Below are positions 36,227 through 45,962 of a stretch of DNA of 64,000 bases, one piece after another. The notes beneath the pieces were generated by a model, which did no database searches, had not been told where the DNA came from, and was given only the letters and a program-made list of their open reading frames with translations. The stretch lies in assembly GCA_044867785.1 (NCBI GenBank), contig JBIOVM010000098.1, positions 1,004 through 65,003 of the forward strand, in the 5' to 3' direction. Position 1 is the first letter of the stretch. Each line of letters starts with the position of its first letter. The DNA comes from Candidatus Rokuibacteriota bacterium (GTDB taxonomy: Bacteria > Methylomirabilota > Methylomirabilia > Rokubacteriales > DASRDR01). The position numbers and the translations under genes are program-made.

Positions 36227-38929
36227 ATGGGCCTCCGGCGTTTGCGGAGCGGGCTCGTCGTCGCGCTGGCGGTGGGTGTGGTCGTGCGGCTCCTCCTGCT
36301 CCGGTGGCCACGCCTCTGGTACGACGAGGCGACGACGGGCCTCCTCGGCTTGGCCGTGCTCCAGGGTGACTTGCCCATCTACTTCTTCGGCCAGCCTTTC
36401 ATGGGCGCGCTCGACGGGTATCTCGCCGCCCCCATCTACTGGAGTCTCGGCATCTCGGCGCGGACGCTTGAGCTGGTGCCGGTGTTGCTGGCGCTTGTCG
36501 TCGTCGGGCTGACGATCCGGTTGGCGAGCGACGCGTTCGGGCCGCGCGCGGCGCTCCTCACCGCCGTGCTGCTGGCCCTGCCGCCCGACTTCCTCCTCTA
36601 CTGGTCTCACGAAGCCCGCAACCACTACCCGCTCACGCTCGTGCTCGGCACCCTCGCGCTCCTCCTCGCCCTCCGGGTGCCGGTCGCCGCGGGCCGCCGT
36701 CGGGCGTTCCTCTGCCTGCTGCTCGGGGGCACGCTCGGGCTCGCGCTCTGGACCAACTTCCTCTCCCTGGTCTATTGGCCCGCCGTCGCGGTGCTGCTGC
36801 TGAGGCGGGGTTTCCGACCGCTGGCGCCGAGTCTCCTCGCCGCGCTGCCGGCGTTCGCCCTCGGCAGCCTGCCCCACTGGCTCTACGGCGTGCCGCACGG
36901 CACGGCGATCCCGCCGCCGGGCCGACCGATCGGCATCGCGGGTGTCGTGGCTCACCTCGGCCTCTTCGCGGAGACGGGATGGCCGATCGTGGCCGGGCTG
37001 CCGGCGGCGCTCCGCGGGAGCTCGACGGGTGCGGCGCTCGCCGGTCTGATGGGGGCGCTCTACGTCATCGCGGCCGGTGCAGCCCTGGGCGGCGTCCGCC
37101 TCGCCGCGTCGCCGTCCGGTTGGACCGGCCGGGCCCTGGTCGTTCTCGTTGCCACCACCGTGGGCGTGGCCGCGGGGACGGAGTATGGGCGCGGCCTGGG
37201 CGACCGCGACCCCCACTACCTCCTCCCCCTCTACACGGCGCTCCCGCCGCTCCTGGGCCGGTTCCTGGCGGCACTGGCGCCGCGCGGGATGCTGGCCGGG
37301 ACGGCTGCGGTCCTCGCACTGCATGTCGCGGGCGCGCTCGGTGGCACCTTTCGAGATCTCCGGCCGGAGGTCGCCGCGGCTGAGCGCGCGGAGTTCATCG
37401 CGCATCGCGAGGCCGTCCAGACCTTCGAGCAGGCCGGCCTCCATCGACTCTACGATCGCGAGTTTTCGAGCCGGACGATCACGTTCCTGTCGGCCGGCCG
37501 CGTCATCTTCTCCAATCCCTACGAGGAGATTCGACCGTCGTTCGCGCGGGCGGTGGACGGCGCGGCCGAGTCCGCCTGGTGGACGGGCCGGCACTCCCCG
37601 GCGCTGGAGCGGAACTTCGCCGCGCTCGGGATCCAGTTCACGTACCAGCGCCTGCCCGGCCTCGGCGGGGCGTACCGGGGCTTCGCGCTCAGGGCGCCGT
37701 CGATTCGGGAGCTGGAGCCCGCCACCCTTCGGGCCAGCGCGAGCACCGGCACGGCCGCGCATGTGACCGACCGGGTGGGCGCCACGATCTGGAGTGCCGG
37801 GCGGACCCAGCGCGGCGGGGAATGGCTCGAGATCGATCTCGGCCGGGTCCAGCCGGTCGCCTTGGTCCGCTGGCTGCCCGGCACCTTTCAGGAGATGCCC
37901 CGCGGCCTCCGGCTCGAGGCCTCGAGCGACGGCGCTGCCTGGCACACGCTCCTGGATCTGCCCCGGTATCTCGGACCGCTCTATTGGTCGGCGGGACGTC
38001 CGATGGCGCGCGTGCGGAGCGGCCGGGTGGAGCTGCGCGTGCCGTCCGTTCCCGCCCGCCACCTGCGCATCACCCAGACCGGAGTCGACGAGACCTGGGC
38101 GTGGACGATCCGGGAGCTCTACGTGTACGCGGCCACGGGGCCGGCGCCGGCTCCGTCTCTCGACGCGGACGGCGCCGAGCTTGCCGGGGCCGTTCGACGC
38201 GCGGGCGTCCGGCGGCTCTACGCCGATCACGGCTGGGCCAGCCGGGTGGCCCTCGCCGACCCGTCCATCCACGTCCCGCCGGCCAACCTCCAGGTCGACG
38301 ACTACGGCTGGAAGGGCCCGGGGGCGATGCTGTTCCCGCCGTTTCGATGGACGCCCGGCACCGGCGTTCTGCTGGAGCCGGCCGACGCCGAGGGATTCGA
38401 GGCAACGGCCCGCGCCGTCGGGCTGGCCTTCGAGGTGCGACGGCTCGGCGGGCTCACGCTGTTCGTCCACGCGCCGCCGCGCGACGCGGGGACGGCCCTT
38501 CCCCCGAGCGCGCTCACGGTCACGGGGTCGCGGCACCCTCGGAGCGCGGCGCGAGCCGTCGACGGCGATCCGGTCACGCGCTGGACGACGGCCGGGCCGC
38601 GGGCGGCGGGCGACTGGTTCCGGATCGACCTTCCGACGCGACCGGTGGTCCGCGGCCTCAGCATGACGTCGGAGAATCCTGCCGATCTCCCGCTCGCGAT
38701 GGCGCTGGAGAGCTCGTCCGACGGCGCCCACTGGCAGCCCCTCGCCGCGACCTTCCGGCTCGAGCGCCGCTACCGGTGGGGCGGCTTCGGGCTGCTCGAC
38801 GACGGGGCGGTCGCCGCGCGGCTCGACTTTCCGCCGGCCGCCGTCGGCGCGCTCCGGATCGTGCTCCGGGACGGCGATCCCACGTTCGACTGGTCGATCC
38901 ACGAGCTCGCCGTCTACGGCGGCGACTGA
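36227..38929 (+). CDS. GT-C-fold membrane glycosyltransferase (GT39/ArnT/PMT-like) with C-terminal F5/8-type-C (discoidin) domains
   Basis: N-terminal polytopic domain with a first-loop acidic motif WPRLWYDEATTG. The C-terminal region has discoidin-like modules (GEWLEIDLGRVQPV..., AGDWFRIDLPTRPV...). Start placed at the ATG at 36227. Confidence 0.65.
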   Translation: MGLRRLRSGLVVALAVGVVVRLLLLRWPRLWYDEATTGLLGLAVLQGDLPIYFFGQPFMGALDGYLAAPIYWSLGISARTLELVPVLLALVVVGLTIRLASDAFGPRAALLTAVLLALPPDFLLYWSHEARNHYPLTLVLGTLALLLALRVPVAAGRRRAFLCLLLGGTLGLALWTNFLSLVYWPAVAVLLLRRGFRPLAPSLLAALPAFALGSLPHWLYGVPHGTAIPPPGRPIGIAGVVAHLGLFAETGWPIVAGLPAALRGSSTGAALAGLMGALYVIAAGAALGGVRLAASPSGWTGRALVVLVATTVGVAAGTEYGRGLGDRDPHYLLPLYTALPPLLGRFLAALAPRGMLAGTAAVLALHVAGALGGTFRDLRPEVAAAERAEFIAHREAVQTFEQAGLHRLYDREFSSRTITFLSAGRVIFSNPYEEIRPSFARAVDGAAESAWWTGRHSPALERNFAALGIQFTYQRLPGLGGAYRGFALRAPSIRELEPATLRASASTGTAAHVTDRVGATIWSAGRTQRGGEWLEIDLGRVQPVALVRWLPGTFQEMPRGLRLEASSDGAAWHTLLDLPRYLGPLYWSAGRPMARVRSGRVELRVPSVPARHLRITQTGVDETWAWTIRELYVYAATGPAPAPSLDADGAELAGAVRRAGVRRLYADHGWASRVALADPSIHVPPANLQVDDYGWKGPGAMLFPPFRWTPGTGVLLEPADAEGFEATARAVGLAFEVRRLGGLTLFVHAPPRDAGTALPPSALTVTGSRHPRSAARAVDGDPVTRWTTAGPRAAGDWFRIDLPTRPVVRGLSMTSENPADLPLAMALESSSDGAHWQPLAATFRLERRYRWGGFGLLDDGAVAARLDFPPAAVGALRIVLRDGDPTFDWSIHELAVYGGD

Positions 38930-39013
38930 GCGGCGCACGCGCGCCGCCGCGCTCGCGCTCTTTCCCGACGGGCTCGGGCACCGCCGTCGTGGCGCCCGCC
39001 GAGGGGCCCCTGC

Positions 39014-39019
39014 TATACT
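39014..39019 (+). promoter_or_regulatory. TATACT -10-like box 6 nt upstream of the ATG of the epimerase gene (candidate leaderless promoter)
   Basis: ctgcTATACTcggcgcATG; same spacing as at 35408-35425. Confidence 0.3.
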
Positions 39020-39025
39020 CGGCGC

Positions 39026-40012
39026 ATGCGCGCGCTGGTCACCGGGGGCACGGGCTTCACCGGGAGTCACCTCGTGCGGCGCCTCCTGGCGAGAGGTGAT
39101 CAAGTGCGGGTCCTCGACGCCGCGCCGGGGCTGTTCCGCGACGAGCTCCAGGCCCTCGGCGCGCAGGTCACCCTCGGGAGCGTGACCGACGCGGCGCTCG
39201 TCGACCGGCAAGTCGCCGGCACCGACGTCGCCTTCCACCTGGCGGCGGCTTTCCGGAAGATCAATCTGCCGAAGCGAGAGTATTGGGAGGTGAACTGCCA
39301 GGGGACGCGCCATGTGGCCGAGTCGTGCCTCCGACACCAGGTGCGCCGGCTGGTCTACTGCTCGACGCAGGGGGTGCACGGGCACGTCGCCCGGCCGCCG
39401 GGCGACGAGACCTCCCCGATCGCGCCCGAAGACTACTACCAGCAGACCAAGTACGATGGGGAGCTCGCGGTGTGGGAGATCGCCCGGAACGGGCTCGAGG
39501 CGTGCGTGGTCCGCCCGATGGGGATCTACGGTCCCGGCGACCCCGGCCGATTCCTGATGCTCTTCCGCGCCGTCCAGCGCGGGCGCTTCCTGATGTTCGG
39601 GGACGGTGAGACCTTCTACCATCCTTGCTACATCGACAACCTGGTCGACGCGTTCGAACTCGCCGCCGAGCATCCGAAAGCCGTCGGGGAGACGTACCTG
39701 ATCGGCGACGATCGGTACGTGTCGCTGAACGAGCTCGTCCGGACGGTGGGCGAGAGCCTGGGGAAGCCGGCGCGGATCGTCTACCTGCCCTTCGGCCCGC
39801 TGTGGGTCGTCTCCGCCGTGTGCGAGTCGGTGCTGATGCCGCTCGGGATCGAGCCGCCGCTGTTCCGGCGCCGGGCGGACTGGTTCCGCCAGACGCGTGC
39901 CTTCACCGTGGACAAGGCCGTGCGAGAGCTGGGCTTCGTCCCCCGCGTGCCGCTCGCCGAGGGCCTACGCCGGACGGCGGCGTGGTACCGCGAGCACGGA
40001 TACCTCCGCTAG
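39026..40012 (+). CDS. NAD-dependent epimerase/dehydratase (extended SDR)
   Basis: VTGGTGFTGSHL Rossmann motif and catalytic YQQTK. Confidence 0.85.
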   Translation: MRALVTGGTGFTGSHLVRRLLARGDQVRVLDAAPGLFRDELQALGAQVTLGSVTDAALVDRQVAGTDVAFHLAAAFRKINLPKREYWEVNCQGTRHVAESCLRHQVRRLVYCSTQGVHGHVARPPGDETSPIAPEDYYQQTKYDGELAVWEIARNGLEACVVRPMGIYGPGDPGRFLMLFRAVQRGRFLMFGDGETFYHPCYIDNLVDAFELAAEHPKAVGETYLIGDDRYVSLNELVRTVGESLGKPARIVYLPFGPLWVVSAVCESVLMPLGIEPPLFRRRADWFRQTRAFTVDKAVRELGFVPRVPLAEGLRRTAAWYREHGYLR

Positions 40013-40015
40013 GCC

Positions 40016-41899
40016 ATGTGCGGAATCGCCGGGGTCCTCGAGCTGCGACCGGGCCGTGCGGTGTCCCCCCACGTCCTCGAGGCGATGGGAAAGGTGATCG
40101 AGCACCGGGGACCCGATCAGGGCGGGATCTTCCAGGACGGCCCGGTGGGCCTCGCAGCGCGCCGCCTCAAGATCATCGACCTGTCCCCGGCCGGCTCTCA
40201 GCCCGTTCCCAACGAGGACGGCACGATCCAGCTCGTCTACAACGGCGAGATGTTCAACCACGACGCCCTCCGGCGCGAGCTCCAGGCCCTCGGGCACCGG
40301 TTCCGGGGCCGCTGCGACTCGGAGGTGGTGGTCCACGCGTACGAGGCGTGGGGCCCGCGCTGCGTGGAGCGGTTCCGCGGGTTCTTCGCGTTCGCGCTCT
40401 GGGATGGGGCCCGCGGCGAGCTCCTGCTCGCCCGCGACCGCATCGGGATCAAGCCGTTGTACTACGCGTGGTCGGACGAGCGATTGGTGTTCGGCTCGGA
40501 GATCAAGGCCATCCTGGAGCACCCCGACGTGCCCCGCGCGATGGACCTCCAGTCGATGTACCACTACCTCGGCTACGAGTTCGCGCCGGGCCCGGCGACC
40601 ATGTTCCAGGGAATCCAGAAGCTGCCGGCCGGCACGTACGCGCGCGTCCGGAACGGCCGGCTCGAAGTCGAGCCGTACTGGGAGCTGAGCTTCGAGGACG
40701 CGCCCGAGGACGCGCCGACCCTGGCGCGCCGGGTCCGCGAGACCCTCCGCGAGTCGGTGCATGCGTGGATGATGTCGGACGTCCCCGAGGGCGTTTTCCT
40801 CTCCGGCGGGCTCGACTCGACGGCGGTCCTGGCCTTCACGCGCGAGGCGACGGTGGGCCCGCTCCCGACGTTCACCCTCGGCTACGACGACCCGTCGTTC
40901 AGCGAGTGGGAGTACGCGCGCGAGGCCGCCCGCTACTACGGGACCGAGCACCGGGAGATCCGCGTCCCGCCTGTCACGCCCGAGGTCATCGAGCAGACGG
41001 TGTGGCATCTGGACGAGCCGATGACCGACCTGTCGGCCCTCCCGCTGTTCCTTCTGTGCCGGGAAGCCCGCCGGGACGTGACGGTCTGCATGTCGGGGGA
41101 GGGGGGCGACGAGGTCTTCATCGGGTACGACCGCTTCATCGCCTCGAAGGCCGATCGGCTCTACCGCCTGCTGCCGCGCGCCCTCCGCCGCGGGGTGATC
41201 GAGCCCCTGGCCACGCGGCTTCCCGACCAGGAGCAGAAGAAGGGCCCGCTGGTGGTTCTGCGCCGCTTCGTGGAGGGCGCGCGGCTCGATCCCGCCGGGC
41301 TCCACATGCGGTGGCAGTACTTCGGGTCGGACGCGCTCGACGCGCGCCTGTTCCGGGAGACGGTGCTCCGATCGGTCGACCGCGACCGCTTCGCGCCCAT
41401 CCGGCGCGCCGTCGCGCGGTGCAACTCGTCGCGACAGCTCGACCGGGAGATCTTCGTCGACACCCGGTTCACGATGCCCGACTCGGTGCTGATGAAAGTC
41501 GACAAGATGTCGATGGCGCACGCGCTCGAGATCCGAGTGCCGCTTCTCGACCACCATCTCATCGAGCTGGCGGCGTCGATCCCGCCGCGCCTCAAGTTCC
41601 CGGGGTTCCGGCGGCGGGCGATCTACCGGCGGGCGCTCGAGGGCGTGCTGCCGCCGAAGATCCTGCAGCGGGGCAAGCAGGGATACAGCCTGCCGCTCAA
41701 GCAGTGGCTGCGGCACGAGCTGCGCGACTACATGGTCCAGCTGTTCCGGGGCTCCGAGGTGGTCCGCGCGTACCTCGACCCGGCCGGGGTCGAGGCGCTG
41801 GTCGCCGAGCACATGAGCCGCCGCGCCAACCACAATCACACGCTCTGGGCGCTCATCAACCTGACCCTGTGGCACCGTCGGTTCATTGAGGGAGCCTGA
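40016..41899 (+). CDS. asparagine synthase (glutamine-hydrolysing) family amidotransferase
   Basis: N-terminal nucleophile MCGIAG, PP-loop SGGLDST, and a length of 627 aa. In glycan clusters, AsnB homologues typically amidate sugar carboxylates. Confidence 0.85.
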   Translation: MCGIAGVLELRPGRAVSPHVLEAMGKVIEHRGPDQGGIFQDGPVGLAARRLKIIDLSPAGSQPVPNEDGTIQLVYNGEMFNHDALRRELQALGHRFRGRCDSEVVVHAYEAWGPRCVERFRGFFAFALWDGARGELLLARDRIGIKPLYYAWSDERLVFGSEIKAILEHPDVPRAMDLQSMYHYLGYEFAPGPATMFQGIQKLPAGTYARVRNGRLEVEPYWELSFEDAPEDAPTLARRVRETLRESVHAWMMSDVPEGVFLSGGLDSTAVLAFTREATVGPLPTFTLGYDDPSFSEWEYAREAARYYGTEHREIRVPPVTPEVIEQTVWHLDEPMTDLSALPLFLLCREARRDVTVCMSGEGGDEVFIGYDRFIASKADRLYRLLPRALRRGVIEPLATRLPDQEQKKGPLVVLRRFVEGARLDPAGLHMRWQYFGSDALDARLFRETVLRSVDRDRFAPIRRAVARCNSSRQLDREIFVDTRFTMPDSVLMKVDKMSMAHALEIRVPLLDHHLIELAASIPPRLKFPGFRRRAIYRRALEGVLPPKILQRGKQGYSLPLKQWLRHELRDYMVQLFRGSEVVRAYLDPAGVEALVAEHMSRRANHNHTLWALINLTLWHRRFIEGA

Positions 41900-42878
41900 G
41901 CGCCCCCGCCGGGAGGCCAGCCGCCGCGGGTTCCGCCTCCGTTTCGCGGTCAGCCTCGCCCTTCTTCTCCTGCTCGCGCTGTTCGTGGACTGGGATCGCC
42001 TCGGCGCCCGCCTGGCCGCCGCCAATCCTCTCCTCATGCTGGCCGTCGTGGCCCTCGCCACCGCGGATCGGCTCCTCATGGCGTGGAAGTGGTGGCTCCT
42101 CGTGCGAGGCCGGGACGTGACGCTCGGGCTCTGGGCGGCGATCCGCGCGTACTACCTGGCGTCGTTCGTCGGCTACTTCCTCCCCATGACCGTGGGGGCC
42201 GACGCCATCCGGGTGGGCGCGCTCGCCCGCGCCGGCCGCACCGCCGTTTTGGTGGCGTCCGTGGTGCTCGAGCGGGTGATCGGGGCGCTCGCCCAGGCCG
42301 TGCTGGCGGGCCTCTCGGTGGCGACGCTGGTGAGCCTGGGGCTGGGGGCGGAGATGGGGCCGGGTGAGCGCTGGGTGCTGGCGGCGCCCGTCGCGCTGGC
42401 GTTTCTCGCGTTCCCGTTCACCTTCCCGGCCGCCCGGTGGCTCGCCATCCGGCTCGGCTCGCGGGGCGGGTGGCGCGGGGCCCTCCGGGCGATGGCCGAG
42501 CAATACGCCGGGTACGGCGCCTCGACGCGCCTGCTCTGTCTCTTCTTCGCCTTGACGCTGGTCGAGGGCGCGGTGCCGGTCGTGATCCACTACACGTCGG
42601 GCCGGGCCCTCGGCCTCGATCCGGGCTGGACCTTCTACATCGCCACGGTGCCGCTGGTCTACCTGGTGGCGCGGCTGCCCGTGAGCATCGGCGGGCTCGG
42701 CTTCCTCGAGCTCTCCTTCGTCTCGCTGGCGGGCATGCTCGGCGTGGGCTGGACAGACGCCTTCGCGATCGCCGGTTTGGCGACGGCACTGTACCTGACC
42801 GCGCTGATTCCCGGCGCCCTGATCTACCTGATCCCGGCGCCCGCCGTCCGGCCGGCCCCGCGCGAGCGGCTGCCGTGA
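41886..42878 (+). CDS. LPG-synthase-TM/flippase-like (UPF0104) membrane protein
   Basis: Eight TM helices with LLMAWKWWLLVRGRDVTLG and a conserved Arg/Lys in TM2, as in PF03706. Overlaps AsnB by 14 nt. Confidence 0.55.
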   Translation: MREPERPRREASRRGFRLRFAVSLALLLLLALFVDWDRLGARLAAANPLLMLAVVALATADRLLMAWKWWLLVRGRDVTLGLWAAIRAYYLASFVGYFLPMTVGADAIRVGALARAGRTAVLVASVVLERVIGALAQAVLAGLSVATLVSLGLGAEMGPGERWVLAAPVALAFLAFPFTFPAARWLAIRLGSRGGWRGALRAMAEQYAGYGASTRLLCLFFALTLVEGAVPVVIHYTSGRALGLDPGWTFYIATVPLVYLVARLPVSIGGLGFLELSFVSLAGMLGVGWTDAFAIAGLATALYLTALIPGALIYLIPAPAVRPAPRERLP

Positions 42879-43705
42879 GCGCGCCACCGCCTCCGCCGGC
42901 GGCCGACGGGCGGCTACCGCTGACCGCTCCCGATCGAGGGGAGACCGATCCTCACCGTGCGATCAGCGACCGGCTCACCGACGTTCCGGGCGCGCTCTTC
43001 GACGCGCGGCGATCGAAGGTCGAGCGGTACGCCGATCTCGTGGTCGGCGAGCGCGGGTGGTGGCCGCTCGTCCGCCACGAGCTCGTGATGCTCGTGGCGT
43101 CCTGGGTGCCGGGCGCGCTCGGCCTGGCGCTGCGCGGGTGGCTGTACCCCTGGCTCCTGGGCGTCTGCGGCCGGAACGTCTCGTTCGGCACGAACGTCGT
43201 GCTGCGGCATCCGCGGAAGATCCGGATCGCCGACGACGTCGCCATCGACGACGGCTGCGTGCTCGACGCCAAGGGCACGAGCAACGATGGGATCCGGATC
43301 GGCTCCCGGGTGTTCCTGGGGCGGAACACGTTCCTCGCGTGCAAGGACGGCGACATCGTTCTCGAGGACGGCGTCAACGTCTCCTACAACTGCACCATCT
43401 TCTCGGCGTCGTCCGTCCGGATCGGCGCGGAGACGCTGCTGGCCGCCTACGTTTACGTGGTCGGGGGCGGCCACGACTTCGACCGCGTCGACCTGCCCGT
43501 CGTGCAGCAGGCGCGCCCGTCCCGCGGGATCACCGTGGGTCCCGGAGGCTGGCTGGGAGCCGGGGCGGTCGTGCTGGACGGGGTGACCGTCGGGGCGAGC
43601 GCCATCGTGGGCGCGCATGCCGTGGTGGCGCAGGATGTTCCCGCCTTCGCGATCGCCGCGGGCGCGCCGGCTCGCGTGGTCCGGGACCGGCGACAGCCGG
43701 CATGA
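42875..43705 (+). CDS. hexapeptide-repeat (LbH) acetyltransferase, WcaF/CysE-like
   Basis: Repeated [LIV]-G-x4 hexapeptides (IGSRVFLGRNTFL, IGAETLLAAYVYVVGGGH, VGPGGWLGAGAVVLDGVTVGASAIVGAHAVV). The GTG start overlaps the upstream stop (GTGA). Confidence 0.7.
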   Translation: MSAPPPPPAADGRLPLTAPDRGETDPHRAISDRLTDVPGALFDARRSKVERYADLVVGERGWWPLVRHELVMLVASWVPGALGLALRGWLYPWLLGVCGRNVSFGTNVVLRHPRKIRIADDVAIDDGCVLDAKGTSNDGIRIGSRVFLGRNTFLACKDGDIVLEDGVNVSYNCTIFSASSVRIGAETLLAAYVYVVGGGHDFDRVDLPVVQQARPSRGITVGPGGWLGAGAVVLDGVTVGASAIVGAHAVVAQDVPAFAIAAGAPARVVRDRRQPA

Positions 43706-44784
43706 GCGTGTCGGCGACGGGCGCCGCGCCCGCCGCCCGGCCCGGCTCCTCCGGGCGCCCGGCCGCCGCGCGTTGCCTGCTGGTGCGCTGGCTGCTCCCT
43801 TTCCTGGTCTCCGGCGCGATCCTCGTGTACCTCTTCGCGGCTCAGGGGGTCGATCCCTGGGCGCTTGTTCCTCTCGTGCAGGCCATCTCGTTGCCGGGGT
43901 TGGCCGCGTACGTGGCGGTGTCGGCGGCCGGGCTGGTGTTGCGCGCGCTTCGCTATCGACTCCTCCTCGGCGGATCCGTCCCGCTCGGGTCCCTCGTGCT
44001 CGTGACCGCCGTTCGCAACATGGCGGTCGACCTCGTCCCGGCGCGGGCGGGGGCGGCGGCGAGCTATCTCTATCTCGTCACGGCTCGACTGGGGCTCCCG
44101 CTCGAAGCCGGTGTGGCGTCCTTCGCGCTCTCGTTCATCCTCGACACCCTGGCCGTGGCGCCGCTGCTCGTCCTGGCCCTGCTCGTGGTCGGCGACGCAC
44201 CGGGACCCTTGTCCGTGCTGCTCGTCGGGAGCCTCCTGATCCTGGTCGGATCGATCGCGGCCCTCTGGGTTCTGGCCCCGCTGCTCCGGCTGGGCGCGTC
44301 CGTCGCACGGCGGCTCCCCGGGCCGGCCGTCCGCCTGGCCTCGGTGCTCGGCGCGGCAGCGGCCGAGGTCGAGTCGCGCGAGCGGACGCGCGTCCTCGTG
44401 CCGGCGCTGGGGCTCTCGCTGCTCCTGCGGCTCGCGAAGTACGGCGCCTACTACTGCCTCCTGCAGGCGCTCCTGGTCTCGCAGGGCGCGTCGTGGGGAA
44501 GCTTGAACTTCCTGCACGTGTTCCTCTCGGTGGCCGGGGCGGAGGTGGCTGCCTCCCTGCCGCTGCCGACCCTCATGAGCCTGGGGCCGTACGAAGCGGC
44601 CGGTGCCGCCGGCTTCGCCTTCTGGCTCGGCCTGCCCGGAGAGCTGGCGACCCTCGCCGCGACGGCGTTCCATGGCCTGTCGCAAGTGCACGACTACGCC
44701 TTGGGACTCGTCGCGTGGATGTGGATCATGACCCGGCGGCCGGCGCCTCCGGGGGAGCGCGTCCCGAAGAACGACGCGGGGTGA
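43702..44784 (+). CDS. second LPG-synthase-TM/flippase-like membrane protein
   Basis: Polytopic protein with LLVRWLLPFLVSGAILVYLFAAQGVD..LRALRYRLLL. The ATG overlaps the acetyltransferase stop (ATGA). Confidence 0.5.
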   Translation: MSVSATGAAPAARPGSSGRPAAARCLLVRWLLPFLVSGAILVYLFAAQGVDPWALVPLVQAISLPGLAAYVAVSAAGLVLRALRYRLLLGGSVPLGSLVLVTAVRNMAVDLVPARAGAAASYLYLVTARLGLPLEAGVASFALSFILDTLAVAPLLVLALLVVGDAPGPLSVLLVGSLLILVGSIAALWVLAPLLRLGASVARRLPGPAVRLASVLGAAAAEVESRERTRVLVPALGLSLLLRLAKYGAYYCLLQALLVSQGASWGSLNFLHVFLSVAGAEVAASLPLPTLMSLGPYEAAGAAGFAFWLGLPGELATLAATAFHGLSQVHDYALGLVAWMWIMTRRPAPPGERVPKNDAG

Positions 44785-45075
44785 CCGGTCCGTCCGATGC
44801 GAGCGATGGGCTTGCACGCTGCGGCGTCGGGACCCCGGCGACGTCGGTCCCGGACCGTCGTTAGCTGCTAGACTTGGACAGGCCGAGACGCTGTCACCGG
44901 ACTCGACAAGGGCTGGGTCCCTGTCGGCCGGATCCGGGGCCGGATGACGAGCCGCGGGAAGCCGGCGCTCCGACGTCCGGGGCGCGCCGCGGACGCGTGA
45001 CGTCGCGACTGCGCGCCAGGGGAGCCCACCGTGGATCGATGCTCCGAGGTCCGCCCGGCGGCGCGGCCGCCTCCC

Positions 45076-45954
45076 ATGGCGTGGCGCGACTATCTGCGAC
45101 CGCTTCGCTTCGACCACTGGATCAAGAACCTCGTCGTCCCGGTCGGGAGCCTCCTCGGTCTGACCGCCACGCGGTTCCGCGGCGGCTGGGGCGCCGTGGA
45201 CACGATTCTGCTCACCTTCGTCGTCTCCGGTCTCGTGTCGTCGATCAACTACGCGGTGAACGAAGTCCTCGACGCGCCGTTCGACGCACGGCATCCGACG
45301 AAGCGGGAGCGTCCGATCCCGTCGGGCCGCGTTCGCGTGCGTCCATTGCTCGTCCTGACGGCGGCGGTGGCGCTGCTCGCGCTCGGCCTCGGGTGGTGGC
45401 TCCTGCCGCCCGCCGTCCTCGGAGGCTGCGGCGCCCTCTTCCTGGCGGGCCTGGCCTACAACATCGCCCCGATCCGGCTGAAGGACCGGCCGTACCTCGA
45501 CGTGGTCGCCGAGTCCCTGACGAACCCGATCCGGATCGCGATCGGCTGGTACGCCGTGTCCACCACGCCGCCGCCCCCACATCTCCTGCTGACCGTGTGG
45601 ACGTTCGGCGCGTTCCTCATGACGGGCAAGCGCCTCGGGGAGCTCCGGCTCCTCGGCGACCGCGCCGCGCACTATCGTCCCACCTTCGGCGCATACTCCG
45701 TGGCCGGGCTGCTGGTCGTCCAGCTCGGCTACGCCCTGGCCGGGCTGGGGACGCTGGCCTGGCTGATCGCCGCCGAGCGGCCGCAGGTGCTGCCCGGGCT
45801 TCCCCTGGTGGCCGGGCTCCTGGCCTGGGCGTTCAAGATGACCTTCGAGCCGGCCAGCCCGCTCATCGATCCGGAGCACCTCTACCGCCGTCCGGTCTTC
45901 CTGCTGGTGTCCATCGGTGTCTTCGCCGTTCTCCTGACGCTGGCCCTCGTCTAG
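45076..45954 (+). CDS. UbiA-family polyprenyl/phosphoribosyl transferase (DPPR-synthase-like)
   Basis: NYAVNEVLDAPFDARH (NxxxDxxxD), a second Asp-rich motif, and 8-9 TM helices. Confidence 0.7.
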   Translation: MAWRDYLRPLRFDHWIKNLVVPVGSLLGLTATRFRGGWGAVDTILLTFVVSGLVSSINYAVNEVLDAPFDARHPTKRERPIPSGRVRVRPLLVLTAAVALLALGLGWWLLPPAVLGGCGALFLAGLAYNIAPIRLKDRPYLDVVAESLTNPIRIAIGWYAVSTTPPPPHLLLTVWTFGAFLMTGKRLGELRLLGDRAAHYRPTFGAYSVAGLLVVQLGYALAGLGTLAWLIAAERPQVLPGLPLVAGLLAWAFKMTFEPASPLIDPEHLYRRPVFLLVSIGVFAVLLTLALV

Positions 45955-45962
45955 GCGATGTC

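Noticed and set aside
35564-39673. 1369-aa minus-strand ORF, the longest in the window
   Set aside because: It is antisense to the GT-C/discoidin gene and the SDR epimerase, which carry clear catalytic motifs. Its composition is dominated by R, G, P, A and E, with no TM helices or domains.
39625-42079. Long ORFs on both strands (754 aa plus, 704 aa minus) across the AsnB gene
   Set aside because: They are off-frame or antisense to an unmistakable asparagine synthetase (MCGIAG, SGGLDST), and no motifs appear in the alternate translations.
44785-45075. About 290-bp intergenic region (slightly lower GC, ttagctgctagacttggacagg) as a possible riboswitch or sRNA before the UbiA gene
   Set aside because: I could not identify a conserved riboswitch core or stable conserved structure by eye. 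It is probably just the promoter/leader of the UbiA-large membrane protein unit.
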